64,000 nucleotides of DNA, taken from Prorocentrum cordatum. Its lineage: Eukaryota. The translations under genes were made by a program, and so were the position numbers. The notes beneath the pieces are model-generated. The model was not told where the DNA came from, searched no databases, and saw only the letters and a program-made list of their open reading frames with translations. The stretch lies in the NCBI GenBank assembly GCA_963575745.1, contig CAUYUJ010000300.1, positions 1 to 64,000 on the forward strand, written 5' to 3'. Positions 32,960 to 46,010 of the stretch are shown here, one piece after another; position 1 is the stretch's first letter; each line of letters opens with the position of its first letter.

Positions 32960-34500
32960 CCTACAGCTGCGCTGCGCCCCGGATCAGATCACTTCCGAGC
33001 ATTCCAGAAGGGCGGTTCTCAACTGGAATCCAACGACCCCCCCAAAAAACAGTTTCAAACGATCAAGGCCCTTGAGCACACGGCGGTCCCAGGTCGAGGG
33101 AGGCCCGCAACTCTGGCCCAATCTCATGACCGGATGCGTCGACACGGCGCCACAGACCACGCACACAACTCAATCTGAATCGTCACCACGCTCCTCGCTG
33201 GCCGACATACGAGGCGAATGCCCCCCGCAATCAAAACGCGACGGAAATCAACGCGCCACTGACAAGTTGACTTTTTCGCCCACAAATCAGCGAACCGATT
33301 CCCCGCAACAAGGCCAGGAGAAAACAAGACGCGCTGATCAGGGGCGGGGCGGGCCTTCATTTCCACACCTCATCTAATTTCTCCCAGAGGAGCTCCCACA
33401 CATCAGCATGAGCTGAAGTCAGGCCACAGCGACGCTCCCGCCCTAGCTCCACGATGCCTCGATAGACGAAATCTGTGTCAGTGTGTATGGTGGCGGACGG
33501 GAGGGCCACGAGGAGCGCGTGCAAAACTGCAGCCAGCTCAGCACGATCAACGCTCTGAGTCGGGCCCTCCGCTCCCGCAGCATAAACCACCGACGCAGAA
33601 TAATCGGTGAGATCGCGCGGAGGTGGTCGATCCGGGCGCATGGCAATGACGACCCAATCTGAAACGCACGCATTAGGCACATCATGGTCATATCAAAAGC
33701 CATCGACACACAAGTCTCCCGTGAGTGCCTCGCGTTTGCCCAGGTAAAACTTCCCCGGGGCGAATTAAGGCAACTGCAGGACCCGTTTTACGGCGCTGGA
33801 GCTCTACGTGGAGGAGACAAGCCAGCTCCGATGGGGTCCCAGGGCAGAGCGCGGCGAAGCGCGCCAGCGGGCTGCAGCCTGGCAGTGATCAAGCCATCGC
33901 ACTCAAGATGGCAGCGGTGGAGCGCGGCAAGAAAGCCTTCACACACGCGGCATAGCGTCGATTGAACACATTTAGCATCGAACATCAATTGCTGCGCCCA
34001 TCGCGCGCCGATGATGACACATCGAAGATAGGCCTTGTCCTCGGGCGAGAGGTGCGAGGTGCTACCCAGCAGCTGAACGAGCGGCTCGAGCAAAATGCCT
34101 GTCCAAAGTTCTGGGCACAGGTGGGTCGAGCAGATCTACTTCTGCTGCCAGGCCTCGCAGGCCGTGTCAACGAGCTTCTGGGGCCCGTGGGCGCACAACT
34201 TGACAGGCTGCATGGTGAGGCCCCACGTAAAAGTCCAGCTTTGAAAACCATCGGCCTTGATGTCCAATCGCGCAAGCGTGGCCGGGTAGGCAGGGAACGG
34301 GGCCCGATGCGGACTGCCGCGGGCTGCATTTGCTGGATCGGGCTTTCCCTTGGGCCTGGCCTACTCCTTGCCCGATCGCATTCCTCGGGGCTCACTGCTG
34401 CCTCCAAGCAGCCAGCGCAACGCAGAGCGGTTCAGCGGAAGCCTCGAGCAGAGGGCCCGCCTGGCGCCCAGGGGCCAGGAGGAGACGGAGCATGGGCGAG
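32960..34500 (-). mobile_element. Decayed LINE 3' fragment: Cys/His motif and RNase H
   Basis: GARWAQQLMF..LCRVCEG..HRCHLEC; GPTQSVDRAELAAVLHAL..IHTDTDFV..HADVWELLW; GNRFADLWAK. Multiple frameshifts. Confidence 0.75.
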
Positions 34501-34957
34501 GAGGAGCTAGTGGGGCCTTGGCTCCCTACCCGCTGCCTGAGTCTGATAAGCAGCTCTGGCTATTGGTGCTAGTGGCGCTGCTGCCATATCCCGCGCAGGT
34601 CTCGACTGCGGCTTTGACCATCGCAGCGACGAGACGGCGGCGCTTTGCTATATTTCGAATCATAAGCCTCCTGAGGCGGGCAACTGCAACAACCGGCCGC
34701 TCGTGCTTGGCGCCTCTGCCCAACCTCCGACCCGACCCGTAGCCCGCCCCCGAGTTCCTTCCAGCGCGAGTGCTGCGCCCCCCCAAGACTGCGCAGACTG
34801 GCCTCTGAAGATGTCCTGGGACTCGCGCTGCTACCTGGGAGCTGCGTCTTATCTTTGACATCTGCGAGGTCCACTTTTTCCACCTGTCGACTGAGTTCCA
34901 TTCCTGCAGACGCAAGCTCGGCCAGCGCGCGCTCGGCGCCAAAACCTTGCGACCGAT

Positions 34958-35091
34958 GTGGTGGTGGTGGTGGTTGCGGTGGTTGTGCGTGTGTGTTTGT
35001 GTGCGTGTGTGTGTGTTGTGTGTGTGTGTGTGTGTGCGTGTGTGCGTGCGTCTGTGTGTGTGTGTGTGTGCGTGGGGGGGGGGGGGGGGGG
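34958..35091. repeat. (TGG)n/(TG)n microsatellite and G run
   Basis: Seen directly. Confidence 0.95.
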
Positions 35092-35099
35092 CGTCGAGC

Positions 35100-36897
35100 G
35101 TGCAGCGCTGCGGACTTACCCCCTGCAGTTTTCTACGGATGCGAATCCTCGGCCAGGACGCAAGCATAACTGCCTCATCTCGACTGGTGGGCAGCGCCCA
35201 GGCACAGCCCTGCGACGTCCAGCCTTCTGCGCCGCCCATGAGACACGTTTGATACCATTCCTGGCTCGATCCTCCATCTCAAGGGTCAGATCGGGGAGTG
35301 GCTCCTCGGACAACTCCATCCTCGGCGCCTCCACCTCCTGCGCAGATATCCCACCATGCTTGCTTTGTTGCTTCCAGGCCTCCAACCATTCGGTTCGGGT
35401 AGGTTGCGCTGCTCTGACTGCGCTGCCGTCTCGTTCCTGTGGCCCGAACCTGCAGCGGCTAGCTTGCCTTGACAGCCGCACCGCCATCGCCAACTTACGT
35501 GACTTCCTAGCCTCCAGGATCTCCTCCTCCATGATACGCTTGCGCTCAACACGCTCCCGCTGTCGCTGTTGGAATAATGCTCAGGTCACCTACTGCAGCT
35601 GCTCCTTGATATCCAAATGGTGCTCCTCCGAAGCCGCGCGACCACGATGTCGTAGTCCTGCTCGGAGTTCAGCTCGCTGGCGAAGTAGCTCGCGTCGCCT
35701 CTCAGCATCGCCACGATACCCTTCCTAATGGCCAGGGCGAAAGAGGGTCTGACCTGCCTCCACCAAGACACGATTCATGTCATCGAAGAAGCCGTCGGGA
35801 CCGCCTCCGCGAATTAGCCCCGTCCTGTCAATATCCTCAAGACTCAGTCGGACTTCAACAAGTCGCAAGAAATCGCGCTTCAGGTCACCTTCCCCGCGTA
35901 AGGCATTCATGATCGTGTCTCAATCCCTGGCCAGTTTCGGTTCTCTGTACATTTGTTGAACAACAATAAACACCTCGGCAAACGTATGTGTAGCAGTACT
36001 GGTACATCATCCTGTAGGGGAGTCCCCATTGAAGGCCTGTAGTTGTGATCCCAACCCTCGAACTGGGTGACATCAAACTGTCGCGTCCGCCATGCGCATC
36101 GGGAAGAAGATATCGCCGCCCTTGGTGCTGAAATATGTTGGCGTCCAGCCGCAGTGCGCATTCGCCGCCATCAGGTGGTGCCTCGCTGCTCTCATACGGA
36201 TGATATCACCAGCTCCTAGTCGTCTAGCTTCTGTCTCCACCACTCCGTCAGATACCCACTGCCACTCCGAAGCCACTTGAATGAAGCCGATCCCGTCGTT
36301 CACGTCCGAACGCACGATGGGGCAGCAGCGCGTCGGCAGCGAGCTGAAAACCTCGTCCAGCCAGATTCCCAGGATGCGCACTGTCTCAAGATAGTGCGGC
36401 ACCTCAGCGGAACTGCGCGGCTGGGGAGGGAGGTCGAGCACCACTAGGCAATAGTCCTGGCAATCACGTTTGATCCTGACCACGAGTGCCCGTCCTTCTG
36501 CGCCCGGCGGGCTTGGCCAAACACGCAGTATGTCGTTCACTCGGTAGTTGCGACGGAGTATCACCGCGCAACCTGTGCTGCTGTTAGTCTAGTGTTCTGG
36601 GCTGAGTTCGCTCTCTACAACCCACTTCCCCTGGACCCGACGCTGCAGCGGTTCCGCGGCCTTCCAGTCACACGCTTGCGTGCCTCCGAATAGAATGAAG
36701 TCAACCGATCTGTACGACAAAACAATCTCTTCCAAACGATTCCCACGGGCGCCATGCGGATTCCACGCAAGTATCGTCGTTGTGGTCGGCCACGGCTCAG
36801 AAGGCGTTTGGGCGAAAGAGGGGGGAGTCCCGCTGGCGTTGCTGCAAAAATCTCTGGCCTGCCGCCAGACGAATCGCTCGAGCAACAGCGGCGGCTA
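35100..36897 (-). mobile_element. Decayed LINE 5' fragment: APE-type endonuclease and linker, RT missing
   Basis: ILAWNPHG..VDFILFGGTQ; LDLPP; PIVRSDVND; HLMAAN..PTYFS. Stops and frameshifts are present. Confidence 0.65.
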
Positions 36898-39779
36898 GGA
36901 GGAGGAGGAGAAAGAGGAGGATGAGCAAGAGCCGGAGCCAGAGGAGGAGGAGGAGGAGGAGGAGGAGGAGGAGGAGGAGGAGGAGGAGAAAGAGGAACCT
37001 CTCCGACCGGCGGACGTCATATCTGACGGTCAACACATTCCGCTGGGGCTGTCCTGGGCACGTTCGTGGCGCTGTCTGCTGTGCCAGCGCAGGGGGGAGC
37101 CCTGTGGCACAGAGAGGAGGGAGACGACAGACGACGGGACGGCATGACACTTTCGTGTCACAGCTTTGCCTCAGCACTGGGGGCAGAGCTGCGAGTGGTT
37201 ACTCGCCCTGTGCCCGCTGGCGTATCGATTGGCACAGCTCACTGGCTCTGGCACCTTGAACGGTCGATACCTACCCTGCTTACCGTCCTGTCGACGCCTA
37301 AACATGGCCAATTCGAGGCCAAGTCATCCGCTAAGTCCAGCTATGCCCAACTACGTCCAGCTGCGTCCATAAACGCATACCGCGATGAATGCGTAGGCAT
37401 ATACACATTCGGATTCTTGGGCATCAGCAGTTGCATGCCTAGGCATCCACACGACCAATGCCTAGACATGCTATGGTGATGCGCTGGCATCTAAGCTGGA
37501 GGGTTCAAGGTGATAGCTGAAAGCTTAGCGAGAGAACCGACCCAACGTATCGATACCCGCTCGAGACGGCTGCCTTCTGCGGCTGCGAAGACCCCATCAA
37601 TGCCGCGCCGCTCCACTCCGTTAATTTGTTGTACAGTTGTTGCTGTCCTGGCTCGCCCTCTTGCAGGAGCTAAGATATTGGCACATCGGCCAACTCTTGA
37701 TCCCTTGACCCTCTTCCCTCGCTCATCCTTGTTCCTCGATTCCTATCCTCCTGTATGCTCCTACTAGAGTGGGGGCACCTGGGAACTCCTCCTAGCTCCT
37801 AGTGCCTGCTGCGAACACGACAACGCGGACGAAGATGATGAGGACAACGACGTAGACGAGGACAATGGGGAGAGAACGAAGACGAGAACGAAGACGAGGA
37901 CAACGAGAACGAGACCAACGACGGAGACGAGCACGACGAGGACGAGGACGAGGACGACGACGAGGACGACGACGACGGAGGCGACAACACCGTCGTCTTC
38001 GCCCCCGTCCTCGCTGGTGCCCCCGCCCTCGTCGCCGCTGTCGCCTCCGTCCTCGTCGCTGTCCTCGAGACACTGCCAATGAGCACGGTCATCCGTGCGC
38101 ACAAATGTCGTTTGTGCGCACGGATGCGTGCCAGCGGATCCGCGTCGAGAAACATGTCTGTCCGATTTGTGCTGGAGACCAACGCATGAACTTTCACTGA
38201 TGTGGGTGGGCATAGCCTGGTTGAGCGCCACGTAGGGTACTAGGAAATTACCTCAAACACACACACACACACTGAATCCAACTGACGGACATGCTGCTTG
38301 CTGCTATACCGTGCACAAAAAACGAGAACAGAGCCCACCCGCCATCCTGCCACGATCACCATTTGCGCATGGCATGGATCGAGGGCTGGTTACCCCCCCC
38401 CACTAGAAGAACCAGAAAATGCATAAACACAACCTTTTGGAGCTCCGCGCGGCTTTCTTGGATCGGCGCTGGGCCCCCTTGATGGCGCCTCCAGCGCCGC
38501 CCCTGGCGCGCTCCGCGCGCCAGGGAGGGGGGGGTCCAGCGCCGAACCGAGGAACCTGTGCGGACAGTCGAAAGCCTACAGTATGCTTATGCAGCTGCTT
38601 CTTCTTCGTCCCCCGGGCGCCTCAGGGCCTCGGGCACGACGGCCGCCTCGTCCGAGGCGTCCAGCCTGCGCGCGCTGCGCGCGGGCTTGGGCCAGGGTCC
38701 GAGCTAAGCAGTGCTGTCTCCGTTTTCGTGTCGTTTTCGGTACCCCTCGCCCTGTGAGGGGCCACGAGGAGGGGGGGACTGGCATAGGGGGGGGGTACGT
38801 CGGCATGGAATCGGCGATGCATCGCCGATAGATCGGCTACAGGTTGCCGACAGCGAATCCGCACCTGCCTGGGGGGGTGGGGATATCGGGATCCGATCGG
38901 CGATCAGTGGGCGACCAGGGGTCGATGCATCCCCCCCTGTGCCCATCCCCCCTATCGCTGCCCCTGATTATGTCTTCGCTCCACCTCTGCTGCAAGACGA
39001 GATCAGAATGACAACGGTCCGCGAAATCGCCAAAACTTGAGCAGGGACTGACCATCCTGGCATTCCTATAGGCCTACCACGACATGTTCTTAAACCCCAA
39101 AGCGATCTAAGGAACACAAATGGGAAGGTGCCCTCCCCAAAGTGCGGCCGGTGCCGCCTCCTTCGGCGGCGGAAATCCGCGATTTCCCATGGAATCGGGA
39201 CCCGTCGCTAATCCACGCCCCCTTGATCCATGTTTTTGGACGCCCGAAATGGGTACGGAAAACATGGGTACAATGCCCAACAACAAATGTTGTCCCAAAC
39301 CCACAGCGGCCGCTGTTGGGCAGGCGGCCTTCTGTCTCGAATGGACACGGGCCGCGGCGGCGCGGACAGCGAGTCCGGTTCAAAATGAACCAGAACTGCT
39401 GTTGGGCATTGTACCCATTCTTTCCGTACCCGTTTCGCTCGTGCCGAAATGTTTGCGATCGCCGGACTGTAGGCGAGCCAGGACGCCTCCCCACTGCTTG
39501 ACGTTTGTGAAGGGGCCCCAGGACACACAAATAAATACACACAAATAAACAGATTCCCCATATTTCCTCATATTTTCTGGGTTTTTGTCTTCCCCCCCAC
39601 TTCCCATATTTTCCCATATTTTCCTGGGAATCGACGATTAATTGTGTCTGTGTGTTTTTCGACCCCTTGTGGGTCCCTAGGCGTGTGAGATAGTTCCCCC
39701 CCCTACAGTCCCCCCCCAGGGACCCCAAACTGGCGATTTGACCCCCCCCCCATGGCCCCGCCCGAGCGACTCACGGAGC

Positions 39780-40372
39780 TTCTTGGGGCTCAAAAGTCTC
39801 TCAAGGCGGCCCAAGAAGGCCCCAAGACTCCTCCAAGACGGCCCACGAGGGCCCCGAGACGCCAAACGAACGCTCCAAGGCGCCCAAGATGGCCCCAAGA
39901 CGGGCCAAGAGGCCTCCAAGACGGCCCATGAGGCCTCCAAGAGCAGTTCTCAGAAGGGCCGAAGAGCCGAAAATCTTCAAATTCCTATGGAAAACGTACA
40001 TTTTGATCATATACGGCTTCTCGGCCTTCACGGCGTTGAACACGGTCCAAGAGCACCCCAAGACCGCCCCAAGACGGCCCAAGAGGCCCCCAACACGCGC
40101 CCAAGTCCGCCCAAGAGGGCGCCAAGACAGCCCAAGAGGCCCCCAGGACGGCCCAAGAGAGCCCCAAGACGGCCCCAAGAGGGGCCCAAGAGAGGGAGCC
40201 CGAACTGACATCCCGAGCCTTCCGCCCCGAGACGGCCCTAAAAGGCCCCGAGAGGCCCCAAGAGGCCCCCAAGACGCCCCCAAGAGGCCCCAAGAGGCCC
40301 CCCAAGAGGCCCCAGAACGGCCCCAAAACGGCCCCCAAGAGGCTTCGAAACTGCCTCCAAGAGTCCCGCGAG
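39780..40372. repeat. CCAAGA-rich dispersed repeat, other copies at about 41155-41330 and 60035-62015
   Basis: Dense 'ggcccaagaggcc/ctccaagacggcc' subrepeats with AT-rich spacers. Confidence 0.9.
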
Positions 40373-40805
40373 AAGCACCACCAGAGATCCCAGCGATCAT
40401 CGCACAAGCGGGATTCGCGCTCCCGAGGCGAAGAATTCCAAAACCATGACCCAGAACATTTCCTCCGCGTCCCCCTCCTCCTCCCCCTCACCCGCCTTGT
40501 CCACGTCGGCCCCCCAGTGGCGTCAAAACTGCTTTCCAGAGGCCCCCGAAAGGAGTGCCGCGAAATTCCGATACACATACAAGAACCTCTCACCCAAAGA
40601 CCATAACCCAGAGCCTCCTCTCAGTGTCCCCCTCATCCTCCTCCTCAACCACCCTCTCCTCGTCCCCCTCCTCCTCGTCCCCCTCCTCTTGTTCATGGCC
40701 CGTCACCTCGACACGTTCGATGATTCTCCCCTGTGTCCTCCGCCTCACCCCCCATTCTCCTGTCCTCGTTCTCCTTTTTCCTCAGCGCGCGCGCCCGATT
40801 CGGCA

Positions 40806-41720
40806 TCATTTGCAGGTCTTGCACTTCAGAGTGCCTTTTTTTGCGTCGCGCGGGACATTGTGAGGGTCGGGGAACGCCGACTTCGGTAGTCTTCTCTTGC
40901 ACGCGCCGCTGCACTGATACGCCTGGCAACTGCGGGCTGTGAACCCGAGTGCCGCGCAGCTTCCGCACACCACCTTTTTTTGATTCGACCATCGATGATG
41001 TTCTTTTTGGCTCTGCCTCAAATGTTTCGTGTCTGAGAACGCTCCTCCGCACGCCGCGCACGTCAGCGGCTTCGCTTCCGCCTCGGCTCTCCGTTTCCTA
41101 TTATTGGACTCAAGCGTCGTCCTCTGACGTTCTTCCGCGCATTTCCGACAAGACGGCACCAAGAGGGGCCCAAGAGGGCAACCAAAAATTCAAAAATCTA
41201 GCTTCCCGCCCCCACGAGCCCCAGGGGGCCCCAAGAGTGCCCCAAGAGGCCGCCAGAGGCCCCCAAGAGGCCGCCAAGACGCCCCAAGGAGCCCCCAAGA
41301 GGCCCCCAGGAGGCCTCCAAAAGACCACCAGACGCTTCCGCATTGCGAGCCGTCAAGCCAACTGCAATGCACTCCGCGCATGCAGCCTTGCTCTTCCTCG
41401 CGACGTGCTCACAATCTTGCTCGGCGCTGTGCTACGCGACGTGCTGCTGCTACGCGAACTGTTTCGTGCGCGCTGCGAACGTCAACAGCCTCTTCACCCG
41501 TTTCGACTCATCTGCCACATCTTTCGCGGTGATGCTTCGCTGATCACAGCTTCCGCACGCTACTCTTGCTCCTTTCGTCTTCCGGTGCTCCTCCACTTGG
41601 TTGAGGGGCGAGAGGCCGACCTCCCAGAAGGACACCCCGCACCCGGGTGCACAGCACGCAAAGCGCTCGCAAAACACGCCCCAGACCACCGGCATCACGC
41701 AAACATGTGGACCCCCTACG
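40806..41720 (-). pseudogene. Cys-rich tandem zinc-finger-like protein fragment interrupted by a CCAAGA repeat
   Basis: Related units: CCAPGCGVSF..QVEEHRKTKGARVACGSCDQRSITAK; KSKAACAECIAVGLTARN; CAACGGAF..QKEHHRWSNQKKVVCGSCAALGFTARS; CSGACKRRLPKSAF..KCKTCK. Confidence 0.55.
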
Positions 41721-43709
41721 TATCTGCCACCACCCGCGCGCGACACCGCACCCTCACACAAGACGCCGCTGGCCAGAAACTCCTGGCCTCGCAACAGTCA
41801 CAGAAGGGGTCGGCGAAAGTGGCGTAAGCCTGTAGAATCGACGATTAATTGTGTCTGTGTGTTTTTTCCCCTCCTGAGTTTGGCTCGAGCCCTGGCTTGG
41901 GCCACCGGCCGCCGCGCGAGGCGCGGCCCCATGCGGCGGGCGCCGGCTCCCAGGCGCCGCCCCCCTCGCCCCCACGGGCTCCACCGAGGTGTGTGGCCTC
42001 GCCTTGCCGTGGTCCTCTCGGCCCGGGACTCGAGCTGAGCAGGGCGTGCCGCCTTCGTTCGTCGCGACCGCGCGGCCTCGCGCTGCCTTCGCGCCGTGCC
42101 CCTGCGGCGAGGCGAGGTCAGAACGACAGCCTACGCACCTTTCAGCTCGAGCCCTGGCTTGGGCCGCCGGCCGCCGCGCGCGAGGCACGGCCCCCGCCCG
42201 GCCTCGGGCGGCGTGGCTTCTCTCGGAAGCCCTCGGGCCTGCTGACATGCTCTCGGTCTTCGGCGGCGGGCGCAGGGAACTTCTCAGAAGGCTGGCCTCG
42301 GGCGTAGGAAACTTCTCGGTCTTCGGCGGCGGGCGCAGGAAACTTCTCAGTCTTCGGCGGCGGGGGTAGGAAACTGTTCGGGCGTAGGTCTTCCAGGCCT
42401 TCTGAGACGGCCCGCCCCCTCTCACCTGCCCCCCCGGGCTGGCCGCCCCTCGATGAGATCCCCTCGGCCTGCACCTTCCGCGCCTTCCGCGCAGGAGGTG
42501 CCGCCGCGAGGCGGCCGCGGCGGCCCGGCACCTGCCGCGCGGGGGGTGCGGAAGGCGCAGGGCGAGGGCCTCCGGAACGGTGGTTGCCTCGGGGGGGGAG
42601 TGTCGCGCACACGGGGGGCGAAGAAAGGCGCCCTTCTCGGGACCCATCAGCCTCTTCCTGGGTCCTAAACGGCCCCTTTCGGGGCCCTAAAGGGCCCCTT
42701 TTCGGAAGCCCTCGCTCCCCCCCCCCCCCTCCCCGATTTATCGCCCCCCTCATCATTACGCGCCCCCCAAGGGAGGCGGGGTGGGGTATGGGGCAACGGG
42801 TAGCAGCAACGCTTGGGCGGGGTGGGGCACGTCGGGGGGGTGCTCTGCAATCGCCATAATCTTGAACGCCAGAGACTGTTGCGGAAAAACGGGCACGATG
42901 CCCAACAACAAACGTGACCCAAAACCGACAGCGGCCGATGCTGGGCAGGCGGCCTTCTGTCTGACACCGACGACGAATCCGGTTCAAAATGAGCAAAAAC
43001 TGCTGTCGGCTTTCGTGCCCGCTCTTTCCGTCCCACTTCGCCCGTGCCGAATAATACGCGCGCCAACGCGGGCATGATCGGGGGGTCCAAGCCCCGCCCT
43101 ACGCACGATCGTTACAGTCACCGGGGGTGAATGAGGAAATGACCACGTCAGGGACGCAGAGCCCGAGCCTTCCGAGGGCTAAAGAGGGAACTTACGTGAA
43201 CAGAAGACGGCCCCACACACGACGGGGCTTGCGCGCCAAACTCACGGCCACTCTCTGGGACAGAGCCTGCCTCAGGTGCCCATCCGTGACCAGCACGGTG
43301 CTAGCAAGTCCCCAACAGCTTCCCTGTGAGGAGCGGGGGGCGAGGGGGCGTACGATGGGGGTCGCATCAGCCAGCCAGGTCGAGCGAGCCAGTGGGCACC
43401 GCCCGTCCCCCCCCCCTTCTCCCCAGCAGCACACGCAGTCATGGTGGGACGGCTCGATATTGGGACGGGCGCGCCTTTGCTCGCGTGCGCTCCCGCCTTC
43501 GAGAACCCCACGAAGGGAAGGCACGCCGGCGGCGCACGGGCGGGAACAGAACTTGAGAAACTCCCTGTGCGGCGCTGCGGCGAGAACGCCATGCTGACCG
43601 CGGGCGATCAGGTGCCGCGTGCGCGCGGCGAGCCCGAGGCGCGCGCCGCGCCGAAGCAGTGCTGCCACGTCCACGGGCGAGCTGCGCAACGCCTGGGCGA
43701 AGACAGCAC

Positions 43710-43895
43710 GGGTAAAAACGTGTATTGGAATGGGTTTTCTTCGGCGCCGCCTCGGAACTCGATTTTCCGGCGCCGGCCGGAACCGGCTCCGGACCCGGCC
43801 CGGGCGCCGGCCCGGGCGCCGGCTCGGGCGTCCGGCCCGGGCGCCGGCTCGCGCCGGCCCGGGCGTCGGAATCGGCCCCGGAGGCCTCCCGGGCG
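43710..43895. repeat. GC-rich 'cgccggcccggg' repeat family, inverted copies at about 56130-56560 and 58620-59050
   Basis: Shared 'ttcggcgccgcctcggaactcgattttccggcgccggccggaaccggctccggacccggcccggg' and its reverse complement. Confidence 0.85.
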
Positions 43896-45878
43896 GCCCG
43901 CTCCCTCGCAGAGCCCCGCAACTGGTGCCGTGTTGGGTCGGCGCACGATGACGTGCGCAGCGCCCGCGCGGTGGCACCGCTCCCAAGCGGCATCGGCACG
44001 GAGATTGGGCGAGGGCGACAAGGCCCGCTCGCGCGAGGCCCCACCCGCAACCACTTGGCGAGTAAAACGCGCTTCTGATTTCATACGAATACTCCAGATT
44101 TCGTAATACAGGGAGGGAGGTCTCATTTCGGGGGGGGGTCTCTTCCAGGCAGGCTATCTTGGAGGGCCTGGGGGGTCTGGGGACGATGTTTTGGAGGGTT
44201 CTCCCACGGGGGGGGGTCTGAAATGGCTTGTCTTGGAGGGTCCAGACCCCCTCCCTTTTATTACGAAATCTGAAGTAATGATAGCAATAAGCAGTTTAAC
44301 AAAAAAAAATCTAGCACGAATGCCAATCATAGTAGCCCTAATGGTAAGAAAGGGGGATGGTCTGATTTGTGGGTCTGATTCGAGCTGTCCTGGAGGGTTC
44401 CAGCGGGGTCTGGGCGAAAGGCCGCCCTTTCATGGCTGGTCTGGGGGGTCAAAAACTGCCCGTCTGGGAGGGCTGTGACCCCCTGCGCTCTGCTACGAAA
44501 TCTGAAGTGTGCACCGCGCCGAAGCGGGGGCGCCGCTCTCCGGAGAAATCCGTGAGGCGCCGAACCGAGAGCGACACCCTCATCCTGTTCGCGCGGCGAA
44601 GGCTTGGCAAGCGAAAGCGCACGCCACTTCCAAGCGGGAGCTCAACTCTCAGGAAACATAAGCGTGGCGCCAAAGCGAGAGCGGCATCTCGCCCTTTCGC
44701 GCGCGATACGTGCCGCCCCATTCCCGCCACGCATTCGCTCTGCAACGTCGACGCCCAAAGGTCCATATTGAAAGGAGAGACGTCAGCTTTGTACTGATCC
44801 TTGCAAGCAGGATGGGACCTGCTGGATCCGGTGGTCACATGCTGGCTACGTGCCCTACGTAGGACACCACGGCCCACCCTCACCCCCGGCCAAGACCCCC
44901 CCTCCCGACCTGGTGGTCCAGGTGGTCCTTGCTGGGGTTTGGGGTAGCTTTGGTGGAGCAGGGACCGACCGTCCCAGCATTCCTACAGGCCTACCACAAA
45001 AGTTCTTAGAATCCATCGATGTTCTAATAAGAAAGCAATGCTTTGCTAATGCAAACCTACGTGTAAAACACGACAGCCCCAGCCAGAAATGTTCTCTAAG
45101 AACATGTCGTGCAGACCACAAAAGGTTCTCAGAACATTCTTTGGTAGGCCTACAGGCCCGCCAGGGCGCTTCGCCACTGCTTGATTTTGGAGGCTCCTGG
45201 GTACATTCGGCGTATTGACCTAAGGAACCCTAAATAAGGAACGAGGCCCCTTTTGTCCGTAAGTTAAGCTTCGATTTTCCATCGAGACCTGCGGAAAACC
45301 GAATGCAAACTGTGAAACAACTAAGGAACAATGAGCCCCTCCCAAACGAGAAGGGTTCCTTCTTCAGCGCCCCAGCTGTAAGGGGTGGGCCGTGCTGCCC
45401 TCACAGAGGGAGCGCCGCTGCCCCCCGAGAGACTCCGGGGCGGGGGCGCGGGGGAGCACGAGGAGGGAGGCGGCACCGGCCGAGGGGCGCGCCCACAAGC
45501 TGCTCAAACGCGCCCCGCCGCCCTCTCTCTCTCTCTCCTTCTCTCTCCCCATCCCCGCCCCCCCCCCTCTCTCCCCTCCTCCTCCAGGATCTCTCCCCTC
45601 CTCCTCCTCCTCCTCCTCCTCCTCCTCCTCCTCCTCCTCCTCCTCCTCCTCCTCCTCCTCCTCATCGCCCCCTCCTCTTGCGGCTTCCTTCCTCCCCCCC
45701 GCTCAACACCTCCTCCGGTTGCTCCCCTCCGTCCTCCTCTCCCCATCCTTCTCCTCCCGCCCCTGCTCCCTCGTGCTCTGTCCCTGCTCCTGCTCCTCCT
45801 CCGCTCCCCCCTCCGTTTTTCCTTCCCCTTTTCCCCTCCTTCCTGCCTCCTCCTCCTCCTCCTCCTCCTCCTCTCCTC

Positions 45879-45879
45879 G

Positions 45880-45910
<31 letters not shown>

Positions 45911-45926
45911 TTCTTATTATTATCAC

Positions 45927-45959
<33 letters not shown>

Positions 45960-46010
45960 GATTATTATGATTATTATTCTTATTATTCTTCTTCTTCGTC
46001 TTTTTCTTCT
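45879..46010. repeat. (TTC)n/(TTA)n microsatellite within CTC tracts
   Basis: Seen directly. Confidence 0.95.

Noticed and set aside
41877..41890. Possible relic SL (gagtttggctcgag)
   Set aside because: The match is too short and lacks the CCGTAGCC part.
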